This document shows, in pieces, positions 26,266 to 34,381 of a DNA stretch of 40,595 bases (position 1 is its first letter; every line of letters begins with the position of its first letter). The stretch is from the IMG/VR virus record IMGVR_UViG_2541047967_000005, positions 1 to 40,595 of that record; one strand, 5' to 3'. Under the pieces are notes generated by a model, which was not told where the DNA came from, did no database searches, and worked only from the letters and a program-made list of their open reading frames with translations. The DNA comes from a virus. Lineage: Duplodnaviria > Heunggongvirae > Uroviricota > Caudoviricetes. A program made the position numbers and the translations under genes.

Positions 26266-27739
26266 ATGCAAAAGGATCATAGTCTGTGATGGCTTTGCCT
26301 TGCTGGTTCTGCTGCCCAGGAATTCGCAGACGCTTCGACACAGGGAAAGCAAACGTCAGCAGTAGCGCATCGCCTTTACCCGGCGAACGCCCAAGCCGCT
26401 CCTTGATATCTTCCTTCGGTTCGATAACGATTTTACCGTCCACACGAACTTTGTACTCTGCTGCCGACAGGTCGTCCGCTGTTTCCTGGTCATCCAGCAT
26501 GCCGCCGAGCCTCAGCCATGTCTTGCATGAGTTGAACATCTCCCCACGCTTGTTGAGCATCTGCGGGTCAGTAGACGCGCCACCGAACGGAACAAGTTGC
26601 CATGTACGACCCCAGCCGTCACCGATTGACTTCAAACCGGTTCCGTAACCGAAGTCGATGAACACCGCGTCAGCCTGATACTGGTCTTCAAAGTCAGCGA
26701 TACGCTTCGCCATAATCAGATCGTCGGTAGTCTTGTTGCCAGTCCACAGCACCTTACTGTGTAGCCCCTGCCGCAGGTATATCACAGCGTCATCAACGCC
26801 GGAGTATGCCGGGTCAACGCCGATTATCACCGGAGCATGTGCAACCTGCGCAGCGGTTACCACCCGTTTCATTGCCTCGTCAGTAAGACCGGTAGGGATA
26901 AACTGCAATTCAGATGCATCAGGGAATATGCCGCGCACACGGATTTTAACGAAGTCGCTATCTTCCCCGTAGTCATCAACCCATTTCTGCAACTGCTGTT
27001 TGTTAGTGCCTTCCACCGTCCGGCTGTCAATCTGCGCAGTTTTCCAGCGGTGTTTATATTTGCGGAAACATTCGCGGAAACGCCCGGTGTTACGTGTAGG
27101 GTTTCCGAACGCTACCCAGATAATCTCAGTGTCTTCGTCCGTAAGCGCACCCTCAGCAACTTCCCACACCAGATCCGCAATGTTCGACGCTTCATCGAAT
27201 ACCACGATGATGCGTTTGCGCTCGTTGTGTAGTCCGGCGAACGCCTCAGTGTTGTGCTCAGACCAGGGGATTGCGTCAGCTCGCCACCGCTTGTCGTGCC
27301 CAGGGTCATTGCTGTACATCGCGGTAGCGGTACAGGTAAACCAGTCTTTCGTGATAGCAAGGTTTGACCACTTGATAATTTCCGGCCAGGTCTTCGTTCG
27401 TAGCTGGTTGTCGGTGTTGGCGGTCACCACGACCTTACAATCCTCGCAAGTGGACATGCCCCAGTTGATCAGCATTGAGATGAATGCGGATTTACCAATA
27501 CCGTGACCAGAAGCACGTGCCAGCATAAGCGGCTGATATCGCGTCTCTGGATTCTGCAGGTGATCACGTATCTCTCGGAACGCATCAGCCTGCCACTGAC
27601 GTGGGCCGGTGGCATGTGCCAGTTCAGTCCCCTCTTCCCCCCATGGGAACGCATAGAGGGCATAGCCAAGCGGATCGTGAGTGAACCCTGCAATATCCTC
27701 GATTAACTGCTCTTCAGGAGATAACGCTGTATCTGTCAC
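26264..27739 (-). CDS. Terminase large subunit
   Basis: 491 aa; Walker A-like GHGIGKS in the N-terminal ATPase region and acidic nuclease-region motifs; GTG start overlapping the terS stop (GTGA). Confidence 0.75.
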   Translation of the reverse strand: MTDTALSPEEQLIEDIAGFTHDPLGYALYAFPWGEEGTELAHATGPRQWQADAFREIRDHLQNPETRYQPLMLARASGHGIGKSAFISMLINWGMSTCEDCKVVVTANTDNQLRTKTWPEIIKWSNLAITKDWFTCTATAMYSNDPGHDKRWRADAIPWSEHNTEAFAGLHNERKRIIVVFDEASNIADLVWEVAEGALTDEDTEIIWVAFGNPTRNTGRFRECFRKYKHRWKTAQIDSRTVEGTNKQQLQKWVDDYGEDSDFVKIRVRGIFPDASELQFIPTGLTDEAMKRVVTAAQVAHAPVIIGVDPAYSGVDDAVIYLRQGLHSKVLWTGNKTTDDLIMAKRIADFEDQYQADAVFIDFGYGTGLKSIGDGWGRTWQLVPFGGASTDPQMLNKRGEMFNSCKTWLRLGGMLDDQETADDLSAAEYKVRVDGKIVIEPKEDIKERLGRSPGKGDALLLTFAFPVSKRLRIPGQQNQQGKAITDYDPFA

Positions 27740-28335
27740 TGATTGCCATCCTGACGTTCTTTCAGTCTCTTCCTGGCTGCCGCTATGCGATCAGCAATTG
27801 TCACATTCACATTAACATCCAGGCGTTCTTTGAATGCGTTGACGTCGACGTGCTTACCAATCAGTTCGAGGTTCTTCACCTTGTCAGGCCATTTAATTTT
27901 TTTGAGGATGCCAACCAGCTCTTTCTCGTCTCCACGGCCTTCGAACATGTCGGCCAGTTCGAAACCTGTCAGGTACTGCCGCCAGACCTTAGGCCATTCC
28001 GAGACCGGCTTGATGCTCATATCGTCGTTGAGAATGTCAATCACGTCCATCTGGTCGATCTCCACCAGGCGCATGAGAACGTAATCAGCACTGACGCGCA
28101 TTCGTTTGTTGCGCTCCTCCATCAACTCGGCAATCCGTTTTTGAATGCGTTCATCGCGCATCATGACACTGGCTTTAACTGCCGCTGTATTTGGGGAGAA
28201 TCCTGCGTTAATCGCTGCCTGAGTCTGGTTTTCAGGCGTTTTGATGTATGACTGGCAATAAGCCTCCTGCATTGCTGTTAGTGGCTTAAATTGCGTTGAT
28301 TTGCGTTTATAGGTTTTAGGTTCAGCAGGCATCAT
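27736..28335 (-). CDS. Terminase small subunit
   Basis: Internal ATG (MMPAEPKTYKRK...) chosen because a terminator lies upstream inside the longer track ORF; basic DNA-binding N-terminus, helical C-terminus; coupled to terL. Confidence 0.6.
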   Translation of the reverse strand: MMPAEPKTYKRKSTQFKPLTAMQEAYCQSYIKTPENQTQAAINAGFSPNTAAVKASVMMRDERIQKRIAELMEERNKRMRVSADYVLMRLVEIDQMDVIDILNDDMSIKPVSEWPKVWRQYLTGFELADMFEGRGDEKELVGILKKIKWPDKVKNLELIGKHVDVNAFKERLDVNVNVTIADRIAAARKRLKERQDGNQ

Positions 28336-28376
28336 AACCACCGTGGTAATAGTTACCGTTGTGGTAATAGTACCAT

Positions 28377-28404
28377 GCAAAATAAAGCCGCCATAGTTGG
28401 CGGC
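28377..28404 (-). terminator. Rho-independent terminator between the Cys-rich gene and terS
   Basis: Minus strand: gccgcc aactat ggcggc followed by tttatttt. Confidence 0.6.
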
Positions 28405-28445
28405 AGTATTCAAAACCCATCAAATTCATCATGCATAACCCACTC

Positions 28446-28457
28446 GTGACATGTCAC
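28446..28457. repeat. 12-bp palindrome GTGACATGTCAC (copy 3 of 3)
   Basis: Exact palindrome overlapping the stop codon of the 28454-28795 gene, about 40 nt upstream of the terminator preceding terS. Confidence 0.7.
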
Positions 28458-28795
28458 AATATTAATTTCGTTTCATGCCAGCCTTTAGTCACCCAGCATT
28501 GCGAGTCACCATTACACGGGCATGAATTCACAGGAACTCTCTCGCCGCACTTACCGCAACGTTTTCTGCTGATCGATTTTATACGCCCGTGCACGCGCGC
28601 ATCATCCTGGCGGATCAGTAACGCTATATACTCACCAAATTCGTAAGGCGCACGCCCGGGGCGACGTGTGGCACAGTTACGCTCCAGCATTTCAATTTCC
28701 TGAGCATCAAGCACAATTTCCAGCTTACGCACACCGGATTCAGCTTGTCTGGCTCTCTGAGCGGCTTTGCGCTCTGCTGCTGATTTAGCCATCAA
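28454..28795 (-). CDS. Cys-rich 113-aa protein of unknown function (possible late-gene regulator)
   Basis: C-terminal cluster CGKCGERVPVNSCPCNGDSQC; immediately upstream of the late operon. Confidence 0.35.
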   Translation of the reverse strand: MMAKSAAERKAAQRARQAESGVRKLEIVLDAQEIEMLERNCATRRPGRAPYEFGEYIALLIRQDDARVHGRIKSISRKRCGKCGERVPVNSCPCNGDSQCWVTKGWHETKLIL

Positions 28796-29066
28796 TATTC
28801 ACCTTTATCGCGAACACCTTTACCGGTTTATCGCCGAAGTGGGGATGTGTGATTGTCTTTATTTCATATCCGTCATACGGAACATCAATTCTGCGGCTGG
28901 AATCGTCGCGCTTCGGATATCCCTTTGTGATAATCAGGCGGTCATACTTACGGTTAACGAGGCGCTTATTCCAATAGTCATTACACAGGCGATACTCTTC
29001 CGTTTTCTCTCCGCGAATCATGGCATCGAAGTATTCACCTTTGACGGCAAGTTGAAGGTTAGCCAC
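28785..29066 (-). CDS. ASCH-domain protein
   Basis: GEKTEEYR fits the ASCH GxKxxExR motif; GTG start with strong RBS aggagg. Confidence 0.5.
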   Translation of the reverse strand: MANLQLAVKGEYFDAMIRGEKTEEYRLCNDYWNKRLVNRKYDRLIITKGYPKRDDSSRRIDVPYDGYEIKTITHPHFGDKPVKVFAIKVNIDG

Positions 29067-29946
29067 GGTTAACCTCCTGCGGCGGTTCTGGTAGCGGCAT
29101 CCAGTACAAGGCGTTCCCTAACCACGATAAAGTGCCGTCGCTCAACTCCACGTATTCCCCTTGTACCTGTCCTGCCATATACTCGCCGTGCTTTGAATAA
29201 ATTAAAATCCAATCATCTTGAGCGGGCATTTGCTCACTACAGCTTATCCAACCATCCGGAGTTACCGGATAGTTGCGCATTGCGACCTTTAATGCCTCAT
29301 AGAAGCAACCTTTCAGATTGTTGAACTGACGCCCATTTAGCGGGACGTGTTCAGTCAGCATGTTGTGTAATTTCCATGCCGCGTCGTTTACTTCGTTGGA
29401 TGACAGGGGAGGCAACTTGTAAGTTTGGCTTACAGGTTCGGCACCATGAAGCATGGCGTCGCTCCGCTCTATGCCATCCAGCGCGATTCGCAGTGCCTGA
29501 ATTGTGGTAATGCTATCGTTTGGGGCTATTCCATATCGCTCGAATACAGCGATATGACCGCGCATAATCTCAGGCGTAAGCTCTTTGTAAGCATAAGCAA
29601 GCGACCCTGATGCATCATCCGGCACAACCGACGCAGGCGCGGCAGCATAAACAGGAATAACGTCCGCTTGCTCTTTATTGCTTTCATCCGTTAAAGCCCA
29701 GAATAATTTCCCGGCCGGATGTTTGAAAATATAAGCAACTGGTTCTGCTTCCAGCGATGCCAGCACGATACGCGCCAGCTCACGCACAACTTCCGGCGGC
29801 GCGTAACGGTCATTCAGGTCATCCCACAGGCGTAGCATGTTATCGCTACCAGGGTGAACATCCTCGTTAGTTCCGGCCAGCGCACTAATAACCTCATCGG
29901 CTGCTTCAATAATTTTCTGTGCCTGTTCTCTGGTAATAGTGGTCAT
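29059..29946 (-). CDS. DUF551-domain phage protein
   Basis: C-terminal WMPLPEPP hallmark of DUF551. Confidence 0.55.
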   Translation of the reverse strand: MTTITREQAQKIIEAADEVISALAGTNEDVHPGSDNMLRLWDDLNDRYAPPEVVRELARIVLASLEAEPVAYIFKHPAGKLFWALTDESNKEQADVIPVYAAAPASVVPDDASGSLAYAYKELTPEIMRGHIAVFERYGIAPNDSITTIQALRIALDGIERSDAMLHGAEPVSQTYKLPPLSSNEVNDAAWKLHNMLTEHVPLNGRQFNNLKGCFYEALKVAMRNYPVTPDGWISCSEQMPAQDDWILIYSKHGEYMAGQVQGEYVELSDGTLSWLGNALYWMPLPEPPQEVNRG

Positions 29947-29956
29947 TTGTTATGCC

Positions 29957-30154
29957 TCAATACACGAAATCTGTTTTAAATTCATGGTTACATTCTGGAC
30001 AGCATGTTTCGTAACCTTTTATTTCTTCACATGCCTGTTTAGCTCCAGAAAACTCCCAGAAATCAGCATCACAAAGCAGATCGAAATTGTGACCGCATTT
30101 TGGGCATTCGGTATCAAGTGACAGATTCCAGTAAGCAGTGGTGTTTTTATCCAT
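29957..30154 (-). CDS. Small zinc-ribbon protein (65 aa)
   Basis: Internal ATG with strong RBS aaggagag; CPKCGH ... CCPECNH; coupled to the upstream gene stop. Confidence 0.5.
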   Translation of the reverse strand: MDKNTTAYWNLSLDTECPKCGHNFDLLCDADFWEFSGAKQACEEIKGYETCCPECNHEFKTDFVY

Positions 30155-30155
30155 A

Positions 30156-30785
30156 TCACTCTCCTTTGATGCGAATGCCAGCGGCGCGCTCGGCTTTACT
30201 TTGTTCCCAAAACCACTTGTGAAGCTCCATAAGCTTTTCGTCAATCGGTGCATATTTGCGATTAAAGTAGGCCTGAGCATCTTTCTCAGATTCGTCCGGC
30301 AATTCGCCTGGGCCAAACAGTGTGTTATAAATCCATGCCAGTCCGCTCTTAGCGTCGCCAGTTGCCTGCCATTCGATAATCGCAGCCTGCATGACCAGAA
30401 TGTTTTTCCCGATTAACAGGTCCAGTTCTTTGTACCGGTTGCGGATGTATGCATTCTCGCTTTGTAATTTTGCGTTGCGCTTCTCTGCGGCTTCCAGCTC
30501 AACACGCAGCTTCCCTACCGTTAGCGCAATATCCTCGTTCTCCTGGTCACGGCGTTTGATGTATTGCTGGTTTCTTTCCAGTTCATCCAGTAATGCCAAA
30601 GCAACCTTTGGATTAAAGGCAGCAATAAATTCAGCGTTGTTTTTCAGAACGTGTTGCGCAATGGCCTGACCACTTAGTCGGACCTTATAACCACGTGCGC
30701 CACGGTGTGGTTTATATGAGTCCCAGTCTCCCCACGTTGCTTTTTCTGCCTTTTCACGCAGTGCCTGATAGTTAATCTCGCTCAC
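30156..30785 (-). CDS. Ead/Ea22-like coiled-coil protein
   Basis: N-terminus MSEINYQALREKAEKATWGDW and central coiled coil typical of lambdoid Ead/Ea22-like proteins. Confidence 0.45.
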   Translation of the reverse strand: MSEINYQALREKAEKATWGDWDSYKPHRGARGYKVRLSGQAIAQHVLKNNAEFIAAFNPKVALALLDELERNQQYIKRRDQENEDIALTVGKLRVELEAAEKRNAKLQSENAYIRNRYKELDLLIGKNILVMQAAIIEWQATGDAKSGLAWIYNTLFGPGELPDESEKDAQAYFNRKYAPIDEKLMELHKWFWEQSKAERAAGIRIKGE

Positions 30786-31006
30786 TCTTCATCCTCCAAG
30801 TCGGCAACGGCGTCCATCACATCAGAACCGCGAATAACCTCAAAAGCACGGCAGGCCATTTGAAATACCAGTTGCTCTTGCGGGTGAGGAGACTCCCAAT
30901 ATTTGAAGCCTGGGCGATGCGTGTACCCCATCATTGAATAAAAATCACCAGCAAGCTTAATCGCGGCATCGACAAGCTCTCTGTTAGTCATTCTTTTTCC
31001 GCTCAC
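30782..31006 (-). CDS. Hypothetical early-region protein (74 aa)
   Basis: ORF coupled to neighbours in the nin-like region. Confidence 0.4.
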   Translation of the reverse strand: MSGKRMTNRELVDAAIKLAGDFYSMMGYTHRPGFKYWESPHPQEQLVFQMACRAFEVIRGSDVMDAVADLEDEE

Positions 31007-31509
31007 TGGTTGCCTCCTTTGCGAAGCTGGGCGGCTAACTCATCACATATGTGCGTCAAACAACAAAGTTTGATTGCTGGATGTTCGCGCATCATCTCTA
31101 CCCCCTGCGCCCGCACTTCAGACAGGAAAGCATCGGTAGCTGGAGTTTCGCTGTGGTGTAGGGCATCGTTGATAATCATTGCAGCAACACCAGCCTGCCC
31201 TGCATCCGTGACCGACACATGCTCAAGAGTTACGGCCATTGCGTGTTTCAGTCCGGCATTCTCCACTGCCAGCGCCGAAAACTTCTCGTGTGCCAACTTA
31301 ACAGCTGCATCAGCCTGCTTAATTGACTCAATCGCTTTCTGTTGGTCTTCGGCCAGCGCATTAGCACGCACCAGTTGCACTTCCAGTTGCGTTGCCAAAT
31401 CGCTGATCAGCTTTGCCACACTACGCATATCAACGGCACCACATTCTGCTTTCAGTTCCGAAGCCATCTCATGCCCGGCGGCAACTAACCCTTTGATATT
31501 ACTTTCCAT
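31003..31509 (-). CDS. Hypothetical early-region protein (168 aa)
   Basis: ORF with ATG start verified in frame; Ala-rich helical protein. Confidence 0.45.
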   Translation of the reverse strand: MESNIKGLVAAGHEMASELKAECGAVDMRSVAKLISDLATQLEVQLVRANALAEDQQKAIESIKQADAAVKLAHEKFSALAVENAGLKHAMAVTLEHVSVTDAGQAGVAAMIINDALHHSETPATDAFLSEVRAQGVEMMREHPAIKLCCLTHICDELAAQLRKGGNQ

Positions 31510-31570
31510 CTTTACCCTCGCTTATCCACATAACTTATTGATTACATTGATAACTAAAAAGATCGTCGAT

Positions 31571-31915
31571 TCAGAACTTTTCGATGTTCCAGCCACCACC
31601 TGCTTTCTTTGGTTTAACCGTTACCCCGATGATTCGGAACGGATACTGATCTGCGGCGACTTTGGTTTTCACCCTGGCGTCGTCGGTCCAGAAACCTTTC
31701 ACTTCGTGCAGTTCCATCTCGCCGGTGGCGAGCATCACAGCAAAATCGGGCGTATAGAACGTGTTGTCAGCTAACCGCAGCTTGATACCCTCAAATCGAT
31801 ACCAGACGATTTCTCCTGCACGTTTACGCAGCTCAAGGTGCTGGCAATACGCAGATTCTGTTTTGTTCATCTGACCTGTTTTGAGTCGACCAAGAGCCTG
31901 TATCTGTTTTCTCAT
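31571..31915 (-). CDS. DUF1064-family protein (putative PD-(D/E)XK-type nuclease)
   Basis: Pattern QHLELRKRAGEI ... YTPDF ... EVKG ... YP matches DUF1064 phage proteins; RBS ggagg upstream. Confidence 0.5.
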   Translation of the reverse strand: MRKQIQALGRLKTGQMNKTESAYCQHLELRKRAGEIVWYRFEGIKLRLADNTFYTPDFAVMLATGEMELHEVKGFWTDDARVKTKVAADQYPFRIIGVTVKPKKAGGGWNIEKF

Positions 31916-31918
31916 GAT

Positions 31919-31933
31919 TTACCTCCGAGGTAA
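31919..31933. promoter_or_regulatory. TTACC-N5-GGTAA palindrome overlapping the DUF1064 RBS
   Basis: ttacctccgaggtaa; on the minus strand it contains the GGAGG Shine-Dalgarno of the 31915 start. Confidence 0.4.
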
Positions 31934-31980
31934 TTAAAAACCACATAAGACACGAAATCAATAGATTTTAGAATATTTTA

Positions 31981-31995
31981 TTACCTAACAGGTAA
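31981..31995. promoter_or_regulatory. Operator-like palindrome TTACC-N5-GGTAA
   Basis: ttacctaacaggtaa in the P-like to DUF1064 intergenic region. Confidence 0.5.
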
Positions 31996-32032
31996 TTGTC
32001 GAGGCGTAAAAAAATGCGCTATCGCGCTGGTA

Positions 32033-32818
32033 TTACTTGATAAATCCTGCCGCCTTTCCCCGCCTGTATTCCTCCATCAGCCACTGCGCCGGTGTTATTC
32101 CCCCAAGGGTGGCGGCGTTAGGCATGCACCCGAAACTTCGCCCTGGTGGATGGTAAACGTCTCTCCCTGTGTCCGGAGGCGTACTCATGGGCTCTGGCTT
32201 TGCCTGTATGCTGATCACCGGATCGGGTATCTGCTGTCCTGAAGCCACCTTTTTCGCCCAATCATCGAGCAGCCTGCGTGCGTGTTTCTCAACCTCAATC
32301 TCGCTAAGCTGGCGCTGATACATTGCACGGCGGGTATCACATACGACCCAGTACATAACCGGATGTCGCCACGGGAATCTTTCGGGACCACCAGGATATA
32401 AACTTTTTTCCTTGCTGTACCGGTGAAACTCCGCCATCACATCGTCAATGGTGACGCCAAGAACCATCTTGCTGTCTTTGCACCACTTGATAAATTGCCC
32501 TGGAGACGGCCAGAACGGAGATTCACTGGCGCGGGCGTGGCGCATACCAGCAGAAACCTGTTCACGGGTTCGGATCCCCCCTTCGGCAAACGCAGCAATC
32601 CACTGCTGTTTTGCAGCAACTTCCTGCTCTGGCGTCTTCAGGTTGGTTACCACTGCCGCCGGAAACAGTTGTTTCAGCTGTTTAAAAAGGGCATCAACAA
32701 GCCTCTCTGCTGACATGTTCACCACATTGTCATTGTTGACGTACTGATGCTCATAACCTGACATGCGAGAAAGGGCTTCTCCGTCACGGTTTTGTATCGC
32801 GGTAAAAACGTTGTTCAC
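32033..32818 (-). CDS. Lambda P-like replication protein (helicase loader)
   Basis: Strong similarity by eye to lambda P (QQWIAAFAEGGIRTREQVSAGMRHARASESPFWPSPGQFIKWCKD vs lambda RRQWVLAFRENGITTMEQVNAGMRVARRQNRPFLPSPGQFVAWCRE); GTG start with RBS gggagga, overlapping the O-like stop. Confidence 0.8.
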   Translation of the reverse strand: MNNVFTAIQNRDGEALSRMSGYEHQYVNNDNVVNMSAERLVDALFKQLKQLFPAAVVTNLKTPEQEVAAKQQWIAAFAEGGIRTREQVSAGMRHARASESPFWPSPGQFIKWCKDSKMVLGVTIDDVMAEFHRYSKEKSLYPGGPERFPWRHPVMYWVVCDTRRAMYQRQLSEIEVEKHARRLLDDWAKKVASGQQIPDPVISIQAKPEPMSTPPDTGRDVYHPPGRSFGCMPNAATLGGITPAQWLMEEYRRGKAAGFIK

Positions 32819-33630
32819 AAGAAATCCTCCCATGCTTCAGGGCTGTTCCAGTGCGGAACGTTGTTATCAGGTAATGTTGATTGCTTCTGTCTGCTAATCT
32901 GCAGCCGCCTTGCCAGCTTCTGCTCCCACTGTGCCTGATGGTATGCCTTACCCTCAGCCATCCAGTAAATTCTGAACTCTGCAAGTTCCTGTGCCGTTGG
33001 CAGACTGTCCAGGTAGATCCCCTGCAATGAGCTTTTCCGAAGAAAGTCATCTGATGGCTGCCATTGTTCATGCATGACAAATTTGCCTAATTGCCCTGGC
33101 CCACCAGGAGGAACAAAGTTATTCATCACGGCGTTGTTTGCTCCGGGGTCATGAGGCACAGAATCCCCGCTTTTTGTCCTGCTCTCCCTCTCTTGGTTAA
33201 ATGACTGGTTATATGACTGGTTCTGGATCCCGTTTTTGGGATCATTCAACATCCCGTTTTTGGGATCATTCAACATCCCGTTTTTGGGTATATTCCCGTT
33301 TTCGGGTATATTCCCGTTTTCGGGTTCATTGCCCCCCTCCCGGTTGCCTTTAATGTTCCCGTTTTTGGTTATATTAAGAGAGAAAACCCGCACTCTTTTT
33401 GTCGCTCCCTTTCTCTCTCCGGTATCTGAAATAATCCCCATTTTCATGAGCGATATAAGCCCGGCCTGCACGGTTTTTTTATTCAGGCAAGTGTCTTTAA
33501 CGAGGCGTTCTATGCTGGGGTAGCAGAGGTTATATTCATCGGCTCTGTCAGCCATCGAGAGCAGTATGAGCTTTAATGATGAGCTACCTGGATCTGTCTC
33601 CCAAGCCCAATCTGTTGCATGTCTGCTCAT
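32815..33630 (-). CDS. Replication initiator (lambda O-like arrangement) with internal iterons
   Basis: N-terminal winged-helix-like domain; repeated peptide GNIPENGNIPKNGMLNDPKNGMLNDPKNG encoded by the iteron array; RBS ggag; directly upstream of and coupled to the P-like gene. Confidence 0.65.
   Translation of the reverse strand: MSRHATDWAWETDPGSSSLKLILLSMADRADEYNLCYPSIERLVKDTCLNKKTVQAGLISLMKMGIISDTGERKGATKRVRVFSLNITKNGNIKGNREGGNEPENGNIPENGNIPKNGMLNDPKNGMLNDPKNGIQNQSYNQSFNQERESRTKSGDSVPHDPGANNAVMNNFVPPGGPGQLGKFVMHEQWQPSDDFLRKSSLQGIYLDSLPTAQELAEFRIYWMAEGKAYHQAQWEQKLARRLQISRQKQSTLPDNNVPHWNSPEAWEDFL
33227..33375. repeat. Iteron array (candidate origin of replication) inside the initiator gene
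   Basis: Six or more direct repeats with core CCCGTTTT(T/C)GG at 18-24-bp spacing; positions verified against the overlapping plus-strand track ORF. Confidence 0.7.
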
Positions 33631-33645
33631 GATTAATCTCCGCTA

Positions 33646-33846
33646 TCAGCTTGAATGTTGTGGGGAGGAATTAATCATGATCTGCTTAATCTCTGCCCTG
33701 ATGCGACGGTTTGACTCCATGGTGCACTCAACACAGTGTCCGTTGTAAACCCAGCGTTCACTGTCATGTCCGTGCTTACATGGTTTTCCGGTGTAGTAGC
33801 GTTTAAGTCCGCGCTTTGCGGCATCAATACGTGTAATGATTTCCAT
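33646..33846 (-). CDS. Small zinc-finger protein (66 aa)
   Basis: Internal ATG (MEIITR...); CKHGH ... CVEC motif; between the Cro-like and initiator genes. Confidence 0.45.
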   Translation of the reverse strand: MEIITRIDAAKRGLKRYYTGKPCKHGHDSERWVYNGHCVECTMESNRRIRAEIKQIMINSSPQHSS

Positions 33847-33926
33847 GGTAAGCCCTGTTATTAGTATTGGGATTGCGGTTATTTTGTGCTGACACAAAAA
33901 AAAGATCAACCAGATTTGGTTTTTTA

Positions 33927-33941
33927 TTACCTTTGAGGTAC
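33927..33941. promoter_or_regulatory. Operator-like palindrome, one-mismatch variant (TTACC-N5-GGTAC)
   Basis: ttacctttgaggtac between the Cro-like terminator and the replication genes. Confidence 0.35.
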
Positions 33942-33951
33942 GAATAGATAT

Positions 33952-33974
33952 GAAAAGACCGCCGGATGGCGGTC
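33952..33974 (-). terminator. Rho-independent terminator after the Cro-like gene
   Basis: Minus strand: gaccgcc atcc ggcggtc followed by tttt. Confidence 0.5.
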
Positions 33975-33996
33975 TACAGAGGGTTGTTGCCAGATA

Positions 33997-34227
33997 TCAT
34001 GAGTAGAAGAAGTATGCCAGTTCCGCTTTTGAGCGCAGCCATTGTCTTGTTTTACAGGCTTTAAAAAGCCCATTCATCAATACCTTACCTGGCATTTTGC
34101 GCTTACCTGTTAAGTGAGTCTGGATATAGTGACTCGTCGTTCCGGCTTCCTGTGCGAAGGCTTCACGCTCATCCGGAGTAAGTGCAAGCCAGTGCTTTTT
34201 GAAATCGAAATGTCCGTTATCGCTCAT
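33997..34227 (-). CDS. Cro-like / YdaS-like HTH DNA-binding protein
   Basis: 76 aa with HTH-like segment (FAQEAGTTSHYIQTHL); divergent from the repressor-like gene and first gene of the leftward replication operon. Confidence 0.45.
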   Translation of the reverse strand: MSDNGHFDFKKHWLALTPDEREAFAQEAGTTSHYIQTHLTGKRKMPGKVLMNGLFKACKTRQWLRSKAELAYFFYS

Positions 34228-34311
34228 AGCTATTGCCTGATATTTATTTCAGATAATAAATATTCACCCATAAGGTAACAAAAATCAAGGATAGTTACCT
34301 ATGGGGTGCAT

Positions 34312-34326
34312 TTACCTGTTGGGTAA
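34312..34326. promoter_or_regulatory. Operator-like palindrome TTACC-N5-GGTAA in the divergent immunity promoter region
   Basis: ttacctgttgggtaa between the Cro-like and repressor-like genes; a GGTAAC ... GTTACC pair lies just upstream (34274-34300). Confidence 0.5.
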
Positions 34327-34381
34327 TATTGCTTTAAATTGAATCATCTACTGATTCATATATGAGGCGATTTTCCAGAAA

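Noticed and set aside
27736-28413. Track start of the small terminase ORF at 28413
   Set aside because: An intrinsic terminator (28377-28404) lies inside that extension and the N-terminal 26 residues are low-complexity; the internal ATG at 28335 is a more plausible start.
33227-33375. Tandem direct repeats that could superficially resemble a CRISPR array
   Set aside because: Repeats are 18-24 bp apart with no unique spacers, lie inside a coding sequence and encode a repetitive peptide; this is an iteron-type origin, not CRISPR.
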